The translations under genes were made by a program, and so were the position numbers. Positions 37,905 to 50,084 of a stretch of DNA of 64,000 bases are shown here, one piece after another; the stretch's first letter is position 1; every line of letters begins with the position of its first letter. The stretch comes from Octopus vulgaris (Eukaryota). The notes under the pieces were generated by a model. The model made no database searches and had not been told where the DNA came from. It was given only the letters and a program-made list of their open reading frames with translations. The stretch is taken from NCBI GenBank assembly GCA_951406725.2, contig OX597831.1, forward strand, positions 6,634,001 to 6,698,000. Reading direction: 5' to 3'.

Positions 37905-38285
37905 TATTATTATTATTATTATTAAAAAGTGCCCTGATTATTACTGGTATAAATGTAAATTTGTAATCTGGATATAAAGAAGCTGGAGGTTTCAAAGCAG
38001 TTGTCCATAATTATACACATCTTTTTGGAAGATAACTTTAGTTCAATATAACTACAAGGAGGACATGAGAAAGCAATCTTCAGTTGTTAGATGAAGGAAA
38101 ACTGCTTCATCAGTGGCAAATGCCTTCCTTGGGTCTTCTTCATTGACCAAATCGGCTTCCTTTCACATTCAGTCCTTTACTGGCATCATGACTGTGTAAA
38201 TAACTCGTTTGACTGACAGAAAGATGTTTCTTGCTGATACTTGAAACTGTTTAGTTTCAATTGATTTTATATTCGCATTAAATAT

Positions 38286-38982
38286 GCTGTGCTTGCGAAG
38301 ACCCGGCAAGCCAAATGAGACCATAACCTGTGGCCCATGCCAGGAGCGTAACCAACTCGCTTATGCGTACCTTTTCCTTCCTTGGACACTAAACTCTGCT
38401 TGTGAAGACCTGTTGAGGCAAGTGAAATCAAAATCACATTCGATGACTGGCATCCATACTAGCGGGGTGCAAAGAGAACCATAGGAGCGTAATCGTTGAC
38501 AGAGCGGCTAACTGGCTTCCGTGCCAGTGGCACATAAAAGGGCACCGTTCGAGTGTGATCGTTACCAGCGTCATCTTACTGGTACTTGTGCCCATGCTAG
38601 TAGGGTGCCAAGAGCACCATCCGAGCGTGATCGTTGCCAGAGCAGCCAACTCGCTTCTTTGCCAGTGGCACATAAAAGGGCACCATTCGGGCGTGATCGT
38701 TACCAATGTCGCCTTACTGGCACCTGTGCTGGTGGCATGCGTAAAAGGATTCGAGCGAGGTCGTTGCCAGTACCGCCTGATTGGCCCCGTGCTGGCAGCA
38801 CGTAAAAAGCACCCACTACACTCTCGGAGTGGTTGGCATTAGGAAGGGCATCCAGCTGTAGAAACTCTGCCAAATCAAGATTGGAGCCTGGTGCAGCCAT
38901 CTGGTTCGCCAGCCCTCAGTCAAAATCGTCCAACCCATGCTAGCATGGAAAGCAGACGTTAAACGATGATGATGATGATGAT
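38286..38982 (+). mobile_element. Family E, longest copy
   Basis: Duplicated TGCTTG(C/T)GAAGACC start, five internal units of about 60-70 bp, palindrome CCATGCTAGCATGG, (GAT)n tail. Confidence 0.9.
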
Positions 38983-39457
38983 GTTTTCCTACTATTATTA
39001 TTGTTTTTGTTTTTTAATATTGAGCAGATGGCTGGAGTTCTTGTTTATAAACGCTAGTTTCTTGTTCAGGTTTTGTACTACCTAAATCATTATTTGTTAT
39101 ATCAAAATAAATAAATAAAATCTCTCTGGTGATGTTGGTTCTAACATTCAACAAAGCTGCTTTGAATGGATCCAACCAACTCTAAACAGAAGATAAGAAC
39201 CAATTCCTAAACACCCATTCAGACAATTCCTTTATCAAAGAATATCTTCCCCCAGTGACCAGCAGGATAAAAATGCCACTCGGTACCAAGTACAAGTCTT
39301 GACCTTGAGAACTTTAGGAACTTTGCCAGAGAAAAAATACTTTATTTTTGTAAAGTTGGTAAATTAAGATAAGTTCGTTTATAATTAAAAGAAGGTTTCT
39401 TTCTAATGAATTTTATTTGAAACATAACGATTGGCATTTCTCCATGTGATGTGAATT

Positions 39458-39459
<2 letters not shown>

Positions 39460-39525
<66 letters not shown>

Positions 39526-39543
39526 TGTGTTTGTGTGTGTGTG
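39460..39543. repeat. (TG)n microsatellite
   Basis: Direct reading. Confidence 0.95.
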
Positions 39544-40302
39544 ACAGGACACTAATCTACCCTTCTTTATTTGATTGCCATACAAACCAAAAGATGTCTT
39601 AGAATGATAAACAAACAACCAGTGATTCGAATAATTTCTACCACAAAGTACAAGAATCATAAAATCTTTATTCGTCTTAAACTTTGTTCCAGGTTGTTTC
39701 GTTTGGTTGGCTGCTTGGTTTTTGCACGGGTGGCAAAGGCAGAGCTAAAGAAATTTGACATTATTTGGCCATTTGTTTCCAAAACAAGCCTGACTTGTTT
39801 ACATTCAAAATTTGCTATGTTGTGTATCTTCCTTCATCAATAGTGTTTTCCAAAAAAGTTGCAAAGCCACCTCCACTTTCCTTTTTTCTTTTTTTAAACT
39901 TTATTATGTATTTTAGGTATTGTCATACCTTAAAAAATTCGCATTTCCATCAAGTAGAGTGGTTTTCAGTGAAGATTGTGAAATAAAAGATGGTGGATGA
40001 TTTGCATTTTTATCTACCATTATTTTGAGTTGTTTCCTTCTTCTACTGAATTGAAGAACCTCAAGAGTTACAAGAGAGAGAAAGGAAAAATAAAATCAAT
40101 AATACAACTGAAGCAGCATGCATCTTCCAATTGTTTTACTTCATTTCTGATTAACATATCACAAAACTATGTAAAGTGAAAACTAAGAATGTAAGGAGAA
40201 GACCGGGTAAGCTGCAACACATCTCACAAAATGCCTATTTTCAATAAATGTTTAGACTAACAAATAAATGCGTGACATTTATGAATACAAATTATGTTTT
40301 AT

Positions 40303-40516
40303 AGGCGGAGGAGTGGCTGTGTGGTAAGTAGCTTGCTAACCAACCACATGGTTCCGGGTTCAGTCCCACTGCGTGGCATCTTGGGCAAGTGTCTTCTGCT
40401 ATAGCCCCGGGCCGACCAATGCCTTGTGAGTGGATTTGGTAGACGGAAACTGAAAGAAGCCTGTCGTGTAATTGTTCCATTGTTGTTGTTTTTTTGTTTC
40501 CCGTTTGGATTAAAAT

Positions 40517-40547
<31 letters not shown>

Positions 40548-40758
40548 TTGTTTGTCTGTGTTTGTCCCCCTAGCATTGCTTGACAACCGATGCTGGTGTG
40601 TTTACGTTCCCGTCACTTAGCGGTTCGGCAAAAGAGACCGATAGAATAAGTACTGGGCTTACAAACAATAAGTCCCGGGGTCGATTTGCTTGACTAAAGG
40701 CGGTGCTCCAGCATGGCCGCAGTCAAATGACTGAAACAAGTAAAAGAGTAAAGAGTAA
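40303..40758 (+). mobile_element. SINE family D with a ~50-bp insert at the internal (TA)n
   Basis: Matches the 12382 copy; extra sequence at about 40468-40517. Confidence 0.92.
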
Positions 40759-41517
40759 AGAGAGAGTAGAAGTGGGAAACAATCCCACCAAATATTCAGC
40801 AGAGCTTAGAAAGATGCTGAGACAATTTTTGAGACCCAAATCTAACCATTTCAACTGTTGGACAGTTCAACAGGAACTGGCAAGTCAGAAGACTGCACTG
40901 AGTTCCAGTATCTGTTCTCGCATGGTTTCTACAGCTGGATGTCCTTCCAAACACCAACCGTTTTACAGATTGTGCTTTTTGACATGGCACAGGCAAGCAG
41001 TGAAGTCACAAAGTAACTTGCATGACAAGACATCTCCCCTGGAGGTGGGGGGAGGAGTATTGAGGGAAAGTAAAGGTGCCTTGCATAAGGAGAGGAACAT
41101 GGCTTCCTCAGGGAAAGAGAAAGAGAGAGGAGAAGGAGCAAAGGTGGTGGAGGGGGCTGTGTCCCCAAGTGAAAAGGCAGTGTATAAAATGAAGTGGACC
41201 AGGAATTGGAGAGGGTGGGTGGGTAAGTTCATGAGATTAGAATGAGAGATGAAGGAGGAGGGAATATAGGAGGTGGGGGTACTAGGAGAATATGTTGTGG
41301 GAGAAGAGATTCGAAAGGGACAAATGATGTGTACAAAAGTCCAATATGACTTCATTATATAAGTCGTCCCCTTAATTAGTAAGTTTATGATAGAAGGCAC
41401 AAACGAGGTTCATACTGGGTGGGATTGAATAAAAGCCTCAGATTATAAATAAATGGTTGTGTAAAATATGCTCTTGTTTAATTAAAGTAATTAGCTAGAA
41501 TACTTTTTGTTTCTTAG

Positions 41518-41724
41518 CCCTTTCATTACCAACCCGGCTCTGGCTCTGAGTACAAATGTCTTTTCATAAGTTTTGAATTAAAACCTTCCACCAATCCTTT
41601 GTCACAATTTATGTTCCTAACACTTGCTTAATGATAACTAAGTTATCTTACAAAATTCTTTGTTATATCTAAAATAATTCAGAGAAACACTGAGCATCTC
41701 AAAATAAATACAGTAACGAAAGGG
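41518..41724. mobile_element. piggyBac-type MITE family B
   Basis: TTAG|CCCTTTC ... GAAAGGG|TTAA. Confidence 0.87.
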
Positions 41725-42298
41725 TTAACACCATTAAGGAGAAAGAGGACATGAAGCTAGAAAAGGCTACAGAGGATCAAATGGCTTTCTGATCATTGTT
41801 TTAATGACTTGTTCAACGTTCGATACCCTTTTACAAACAAAATTATTCAACAAAGAATTGAAGTCGGTACTGTCTTATCTATACAGTCCAGTAAATTTGT
41901 GATAATGGAATCCATGGAAAACTCCCACCATGAAAAAATGAAATAAAGAAATCAAAAGGAAATTCATTTTGACAAGGATTTTTGTTGGGAAAATAGCAGT
42001 GGCAAGGGAAAGATAAGATCAAAAGAAAAGTTCTATAGATTCTCCTTCAACTCTTCCAGAATTATTCTGGTTATTGCCATGTTAAAAAATGGTTTATATG
42101 ATAATACATAGAATTTTCCAAACTGGCAACAGACTGTAGATAAATAAAAGCAAATGTTTTTGAGGGACAGAGAGGGAGATTCTCTTCTTTTAGATAATAA
42201 GTGGAAAACTTTGTGTTTGTATGTGTGTATGTGTGTGTGGTTAAGGAATTTGCTCTAGCACCACATAACTTCTGGTTCAATCCCAGAGCATGGTTCCT

Positions 42299-42606
42299 TG
42301 GGCAGTACGCGAGTACTGTCCAAATCTCCAACCAATCACATACAGCTAGCTGGCATTCAATTGGCGTATCAAGTTTCAGGCATTTTGATTGGGTTTTGGA
42401 TAGAAAATTCACAAAAAAGTCACTTCTATTGATTTTTGAATGGCTTTGCGGGATGACTGGGGAAATGTAAAGATGTGCATGACCACCCTTGGACGATTTT
42501 GAACAACCATAGAAAGTGCGAGCCCTCTAACTGAAAAATTGTGGATTTGTATAAAGGACATGCACACACACACACACATATTTTGCCGTTTATGTATAGA
42601 GAGATA
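42299..42606 (-). mobile_element. Helitron-like non-autonomous element
   Basis: Minus strand begins A|TCTCTCTATACATAAACGGC followed by (TG)n and ends in the hairpin CAGTAC tcgc GTACTG. No terminal CTAG is visible. Confidence 0.55.
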
Positions 42607-43689
42607 TGATACAAATCTCTGACCCACATAAGCAATGTTTCAATGAACAAAATCGTAAGATGTTGCAGCAAAAAAAAATATCCTAAATTTTAAGCTTGAA
42701 TCCTTTTACGCTTGACTTTTATCTCTCTGGTTTCTTCTTTGGGGTTTCTCTGGCCAATTGGCTGTGATGAATATAAATCTCAAAATTATTTGTACCAAAA
42801 AAAAACTTAAGATAATATGGCTGTATTTGTTTTGGAAGATAAGCGAAATGAAGATTGAAATCTGGGTGAAAAGATGCCAAAAGTTAATTATTACATGTTA
42901 CCTAATTGTAAATTGTTTGTCTTAAGTCAAACATAATCAATTATGATCAAAACAGTTCCAGTTATGACCTTTCCATTTATTTTGGATTTTGTTGTTGTTT
43001 TATCCCAAACAGAGCTTCAGCAGCTAATGTATCCTTCTTTTTTAAAGGTGATAAGATGAGGTTTGAATGCAATTTAACTATTGTTTCATTAAGGTGATAT
43101 AACCATTTGTAGGATAAGATCCAACAAAAAGTTGGTAGTTGAAAGTAGAGAAAGAAATATGAATGCCAGATTCCAGTGGTTCCGCAGTTTAGACAAAGAT
43201 TCCTGAGTGAAGAACCAAAAATTGAAACCTAATCAAAACGGCCATTGAGCCAGACACGTAACACTTCTTGTTCAAAATTGACCGACACAAATATGACATC
43301 TTGGCTTCCACATCTGGTTTGATGTTTATTTGCAATAACGACATTGACAAAAATAGCAGAGCAAACAGAAAAAGGATGTAAAAAGTGACGGGGGGGGGGA
43401 ATGAATAGAAAACTTGTTCAGCCATGCAAGAAATAAACATAAAATTAATGGTGTTGGTGATGATGGTGATGGTGATGATAGTGAGTAGGACAAGAACAAT
43501 AATGATGGTGGTGGCAGTGGTGATGGTGGCGGCGGTGGTAGTGGTGGGGAGGGGGGTTTACTGCTGGTGATTTACATGGAAATCAATAAAGCATCCAGTC
43601 TGTCTTCTACTTGCAAGAATTTATTTTGGAAAAGCTATTTGGTTTTCTGCTAATAACATAGAATAAATCTGTATCCATCTGTATACGCC

Positions 43690-44057
43690 TTGGGTGTAGG
43701 CCTACCTACTAAAATCTTTTACACTAGGTACACAGCTAAAGGACATTCTCAGGGTATGTCTATTAAATATTTTGTTGAATTTATCAGCATGGGACAAGTG
43801 TTTATCAACTAAACTAAGGAAGATTTTTACCTACTCTGGTCCTAACATTTAAAGAGAAGGGCTGTGTGAACCACAGCACTTTCAGCACTGTCTGGTGGTG
43901 ATTTTGCTTGGTGGGGGTTAGGGTCTGGCATGTAACTAATGCTATCCTTGAACCCACTGGCAGCCAGGGCTTCGATGTAGTAAGGGCTGGCTGCATCAAA
44001 GATCTCTTTGCTTGAGGATAAGCTGGAGATTCTTCTGTTGACACCCTTAACTAGAAC
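43690..44057 (-). pseudogene. Penelope-like element RT thumb/linker remnant
   Basis: VKGVNRRISSLSSSKEIFDAASPYYIEALAASGF, then frameshifted VLWFTQPFSLNVRTRVGK and LVDKH...KFNKIFNRHTLRMSFSCVP. Confidence 0.85.
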
Positions 44058-44084
44058 TTGTGGGTAGTAAAGAAATAGATTTGA

Positions 44085-45092
44085 AGGATCAACGGGAGAG
44101 AATGCACAACATTTTGGGGCCTTCCTTTTGATGGCTTTACTGCACACCAACCCACTCATGGATGTGAGGTCCCTCCCTGTTGGATTCAATGATTTATTTG
44201 ATCTTAAATCCATTCTGGGATCATCATCTCCATTTGAATTGTGAAGTCAAGCAGCTCAGACTTGCCATTTAAGTAAACAGGTCCCAACCTCAAATCTGCT
44301 CATCACCTTTCTAACGAGGTTTCATTGTTCTATCCAGCTATGTGCAATGGTTGGCTCTCTCAACTGTTGCCTGGATCTCCTTCAAGATGATGTTTGTTTG
44401 CTGATGTTGGACACCAATTTACAGCAGCCGTTGTCTCAGTCTGGTTCCAATAAAACCTCTAAATCCATCTTCTAAAGGCAAGTGCATGGCACTCCCACCA
44501 GCACCCGCACAGTCTTCCAGTAGCATCTCATAACGTTTGTCTTTCTTCACTTCAGCTGTATCTTATTTGTCTTTGAAATTAATTCAGCAAGGTGTTATCT
44601 TATATCCTTCATATCATATTGTCACACCTGGCTTCTTCCTTCTTAGTATTGGAAGGGGACATTCACACCCAGAAAGACTCCAGCGCAGTTCTCATCGTTC
44701 AAAGCTTTCTTCTTCAGTTTTGGGTGACCATCTTGTCCTTGACAAATAAATGTGTTAAACCATTCACTGCCATCCTTCTGCAGTTCTTTGCTGTCATTGA
44801 TCATTTCCATCTGCTTCTCGATGACACTATGGAAAAATTTGAGGACCTCATTGTGTCTCCATCTAAATCCTTTCCAGCACCATTGCTTTCGTGTGCCAAT
44901 TTTTCTACATCTACAAGTCATCGTTTGCTATTTTTCATTTCAGCAGATTGTAGAAGCGGGGCACAGTACCTCATGGATGACTCAAAGAAGGAAGCTCAAT
45001 TGTGATGTGCTTCACCTCTAGATCTCATTCCAACCTACTTTCCTTTCAATAACCTCTTTAACCCATTTGGCCAACTGACCTTGCTGATGGCA
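44085..45092 (-). pseudogene. 3' remnant of a HERO/NeSL-type (restriction-like endonuclease) non-LTR retrotransposon
   Basis: QQGQLAKW..VIERKVGWNEI, FRWRHNEVLK, KKDKRYEMLLEDC..G..AMHLPLEDGFRGFIG, ILKEIQATVERA; stops and frameshifts present. Confidence 0.8.
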
Positions 45093-45551
45093 TCGAATCA
45101 AATGCTATTTGATGACATTTGAATCCACAAACCAACAGAAGTGCCTGGCTAATCTTAAATCTGTCCTGATTGAACATATTTTTGATCAAAGACGTTCCAG
45201 TTGTTACCACCCAATCTTTTCATAAGTATCTAGGATCACATTACCAAATGTAGTCTTCCTAGTTTGAAGAGTACAGACTGTAATTTGAAGATTTGTTTGC
45301 TATTTCTAGCAGATCAACCAAACATGTATTGACAAACAATATAAACTGACATTTATACAGCAAATATCAGAAACAACACCAACGAAGGATCAAGGCATGA
45401 ACTGCTTCAGTTTTCTGCTTCAGAGTTTTGTAAGTTTATACGAGTTGAGTTCAATTTCTTATCAGACGCCATCAGAGATAAACCAGGGATGGTTTCATTC
45501 TTTTTGCAAAGAAACACTGGTCTTTTCTTACCTTTCTTTCTTTTTAGATAT

Positions 45552-45682
<131 letters not shown>

Positions 45683-46225
45683 TACACACAGACACACACA
45701 CACACACACTCACATGATAACAGAAAGAGAGAAAGAGGGAGTGATAGAGAGAGAGAGAGTGAGAGAAATAGAGAGAAAGAAAGAAACTGAACTGTATCAA
45801 AAACTTAAATATCTCTTAATTCTCTACTCCCTCTCTCTCTCACACACACACACACTCATGCAACATACGCATACTTACATCTCTATTCTCTCTCTCTCTT
45901 TCTCTTACACACACACACACACACATTATATTCCTCATTTAGATGCTTTCATTTCTTTCAAAACCAAATTCTCCATATTTCTATTGGCTGACATCCAATG
46001 CCATCTTTGACCTCATAAATAGTTTTAAGAGTTTAGATCACTTCATAGGAGTTGACCATTAGAGTCACAAGTAGCTCAGTCTCTCCGAAGTAGCTGAAGC
46101 AATTTGAAATAAGAACGAAAATTTGCCAATTATAATCTTGCTGCAAACCTTTAACTACCCACAAATTAAAATATCGATGATTCTTATGTTTGGTAATGAG
46201 GTTCTAAAATGAAATATAGAAATCT

Positions 46226-46853
46226 TATTTCTTTATTGCCTACAAGGGGCTAAGCATAGAGGGAACAAATAAGGACAGACAAAGGAATTAAGTCGATTAC
46301 ATCGACCCCAGTGCGTAACTGGTACTTAATTTATCGACCCCGAAAGGATGAAAGACAAAGTCGACCTTGGCGGAATTTGAACTCAGAACGTAACAGCAGA
46401 CAAAATACCTATTTCTTTACCACCCACAAGGGGCTAAACACAGAGGGGACAAACAAGGACAGAAAAACGGATTAAGTCGATTACATCGACCCCAGTGCAT
46501 AACTGGTACTTAATTTATGTAAGGTGGCGAGCTTACATTGACCCCAGTGTGTAACTGATACTTAATTATGTAAGGTGGTGAGCTGGCAGAAATGTTAGCA
46601 CGCCGGGCGAAATCCTAGGTGCTATTTCGTCTGCCGTTATGTTCTGAGTTCAAATTCCGCCAAGGTCGACTTTGCCTTTCATCCTTTCGGGGTCGATAAA
46701 TTAAGTACCAGTTACGCACTGGGGTTGATGTAATCAACTTAATCCGTTTGTCTGTCCTTGTTTGTCCTCTCTGTGTTTAGCCCCTTGTGGGTAGTAAAGA
46801 AATAGGTACTTAATTTATCGACCTCAAAAGGATGAAAGGCAAAGTCGACCTTG
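46226..46853. mobile_element. Nested SINE family C cluster: plus copy inside a minus dimer
   Basis: Minus dimer is interrupted after GGTACTTAATTTAT and resumes at about 46805. Confidence 0.88.
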
Positions 46854-47256
46854 AAGCTAAAAGACCCAAATTTAGATGCTACAGCAGCCTGCCAAATTGG
46901 ATGTTTCTTTTTAGGTTCTTCAATTGAGAGCATTTGCTTTTAGTAAACAAACCAAGAGACACTTCTGAAAATAGAACTTTTGTCTCAAAGATTTGCTTGA
47001 AGAATTTGCTCTAAAGCCACAGATTCGTTCTGAAAAATATATAAATTTTTATTTGGCGATGACCAATGCAAAAATACAATTTCCTCGCTTTTCAGGTTCC
47101 GCGAGAAGAAAAAAATCAATTCTGAGAATTACGTTGCTGAGATGTTAAATGGCCAATTCCTGTTTTGCAGGAATTGCACAGTTAAATGTTTTGGTTTGTT
47201 TTTTTTTACCTTGCACAACTTAGCTATATCAGCAATAAACATCACCCTTAAATTGA

Positions 47257-47330
<74 letters not shown>

Positions 47331-47363
47331 TGGTGGTGGTGGTGGTGGTGGTGGTGGTGGTGG
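47257..47363. repeat. Graded (CAG)n(TAG)n(TGG)n microsatellite
   Basis: Direct reading. Confidence 0.95.
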
Positions 47364-47868
47364 TAGGTGCACACTAATATTTTCATTGGTATCACCACCA
47401 CAATCATAATCATCATATTCAAGACTGCATAAAAAAAAAAAATCAGAAAAATCAATATTGATTTTTAATCAATTTTCACACATACAAATTTCATATGTAA
47501 CTTTGCTAGCAGTGGGCAGAATGTGCGAAAAATAATATTGATTGATAAACAGAGAATTTTTCTGTGTATATTCTGGGGAATTTCATGTCAGTAGATCACA
47601 GCTCAAACTGTTTGATTGGTTCCTGACAGACAAGTTGTATTTGTTTCGGTCGGGAGAAGATCAAAAGAACTCATTACAGTTTTATGGCTAAACATCTTAT
47701 ATAATCTCGCTCTTGTTTGCCTTCAGATCTGAAAACTGCTTGAGATTTGTCTGCTATGATTTTAACCAGATTGAAATAGTTTATTAAACCAGGTCAACTT
47801 GACTCAAGGTTAGTCCAATAAGCTCAGACAATACAGAGAGAATCTCAGAAAACCAAGGAGCATGAGAT

Positions 47869-48127
47869 TCATCATCATCATCGCTTTCCATGCTAGCATG
47901 GGTTGGACGATTTTGACTGAGGGCTGGCGAACCAGATGGCTGCACCAGGCTCCAATCTTGATCTGGCAGAGTTTCTACAGCTGGATATCCTTCCTAATGC
48001 CAACCACTCCGAGAGTGCAGTGGGTGCTTTTTACATGCCACCGGCACGGGGGCCAGTCAGGCGGTACTGGCAACGACCTCGCTCAAAACCTTTTACATGT
48101 GCCAGTGAAGCGACTTGGTAACGATCA
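47869..48127 (-). mobile_element. Family E copy
   Basis: Family 3' end. Confidence 0.87.
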
Positions 48128-48436
48128 AGGAAAAAACAAAGTCAGGCCAGGCATTGGGATGGTCGAGTGGTTAAAGAGTTTGCTTCCTAATCAGATGGTT
48201 TTAGGTTCAGTCCCATTGCATGGCACCTTGGACAAATGTCTTCTATAACCCCAGGCCAACCTTGTGAGTGGATTTGGTAGGTGGAAACTAAAAGGAGACC
48301 ATAGTATGTATGTATGTGTGCATGTATGCATGTATGCATGTATGTATGTGTGTATGTATGCATGTATGTATGCATGTAAGTATGTGTGTGTGTATATGCG
48401 TGTGTGTAGGTGTTTTCTTTGTATTTCCTTATCTTG

Positions 48437-48745
48437 AGGCACATGGCTTAGTAGCCAGGGTTTTCAGCTCACAATCATAAGACCATGAGTTCAATTCCCA
48501 GGGGCATGTTGCATTCTTGAGCAAGACAATTTACTTCTCATTACTCCAGTCTTCCCTCAGCTGGCAAAAATGAGTTGTACCTGTAATTCACACGGGTCCA
48601 TCCTCGTCACAACCTGTGTTGCACTGAATCTCCCACAGAACTACATTAAACGTACAGACATGTATGTGGAATACTCAGCCATTTACATATTCATTTCACG
48701 AGCAGGCTGTTCCATTGGTCGGAGCAGCTGGAACACTGATCGTTG
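48437..48745 (+). mobile_element. Older tRNA-derived SINE
   Basis: TGGCTTAGTAG A-box, GAGTTCAATTCC B-box, CTTGAGCAAGACA body. Confidence 0.75.
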
Positions 48746-49003
48746 CAACCAGCCGAGAGCCAGATATCTCGTTTCCTTGGCAGGGGAAATGTTTGTTTAG
48801 TTGAGGGTTGGGAACAGGAAGGGCATCTAGCCGTATAAAGGAATTCTACCCCCGACATATTCCATCTGACCCATTGCACAAATGGAAAAGGGAATGTTAA
48901 GCAATGGTGATGACGATTTCTAAGAATAAACAATTCTTTGTTACGGAGATGTACTTGCATAGCGAGTGACTTGATCTGAGATCGTGTGCTGGAATGAAAA
49001 CAA

Positions 49004-49285
49004 TTGCAGCATGGAAGGTGTTTATAAGCCATTTAAGAAACACACAAAAGCCGTTAGATTCACTTCAATATTTAAATTTAATTTGTCAAAATATTTTCAT
49101 TGCTTTGAGACCGCGACCTGTTCACTGACAAAACTCCATGCTGCATCTCACGAAGTTTTGTCAGTGAACAGGTCGTGGTCTCAAAGCGACGAAAATATTT
49201 TGACAAATTAAAATTAAATGTTGAAATGAATCTAACGGTTTTTGTGTGTTTCTTAAATGGCTTATAAACACCTTCCACGCTGCAA
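49004..49285. repeat. Long inverted repeat (132-bp arms, 18-nt loop)
   Basis: 49004-49135 is the near-perfect reverse complement of 49154-49285. Confidence 0.95.
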
Positions 49286-50084
49286 CAATTCTTTGTGTTT
49301 GCGATGATTTCTTTAACTGTCTTCGAATGAGTTGAGAGTTCTTCACAAACTGATTCATCATTAATCAATGGAATCTAAGAGAAGTCTGGAACTTGGATTT
49401 TAGTCCATGAGAAGCTTTTCTGAAAATACATTTATCTGATTGAGAATTACAATGGACAAAGATGATAAAATATTGGACTGATAACTAGGGGATCTTGTAA
49501 CAAGCACTGCACTCCAAGTTTGCGAGAGAGACGGAAAGTTTAGCAGTTCATTGGCCTGGTTTGAGGGCTTGAGGATCAAAGTGGAACCTATAACTACCTG
49601 CTGGGCATTTCCCTAAGAAAAAAAAACAACAACAACAACTCGGTACCCTTGTGTTTTAAGAGGATCTTTAGATCTGAGATAGAAATCCTCTTAAAGCAGT
49701 TATGAAAGTAATTGCTTTTGTAAATATTGAACACTGTTCAGCTGTCTTTTAAGTACAACGGTTATCATCGTCATCATCTGAAATTTGAGTGCCTCAGCCA
49801 ACAATTCTTTACCATTGGTCTTTATTTTATGCTGTTTAAATTTTGCATCTTTTTCTCTCTCTCTCTCTTTCTCTTTCACTTCTTCCCTCTCTCTTTCTCC
49901 CTCACATCTCTATCTTTCCTTCCCTCTAATCATCTTGGCCTTTATTTTTTCCGGAGTTTTCTCAGCATCCAATAATTATGGTAGGCTGTCTGCCCTTTAA
50001 GAGACGTTTCACATATCGAAGGTTCTGCTTGATCAATTCTTTTACAAAACCCATTCAAATTCAAACTTATCCTCTTTTCCCCCA

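Noticed and set aside
38480-38810. Repeat-spacer-like units suggestive of CRISPR
   Set aside because: Eukaryotic context, units are diverged tandem copies without unique spacers, no cas genes.
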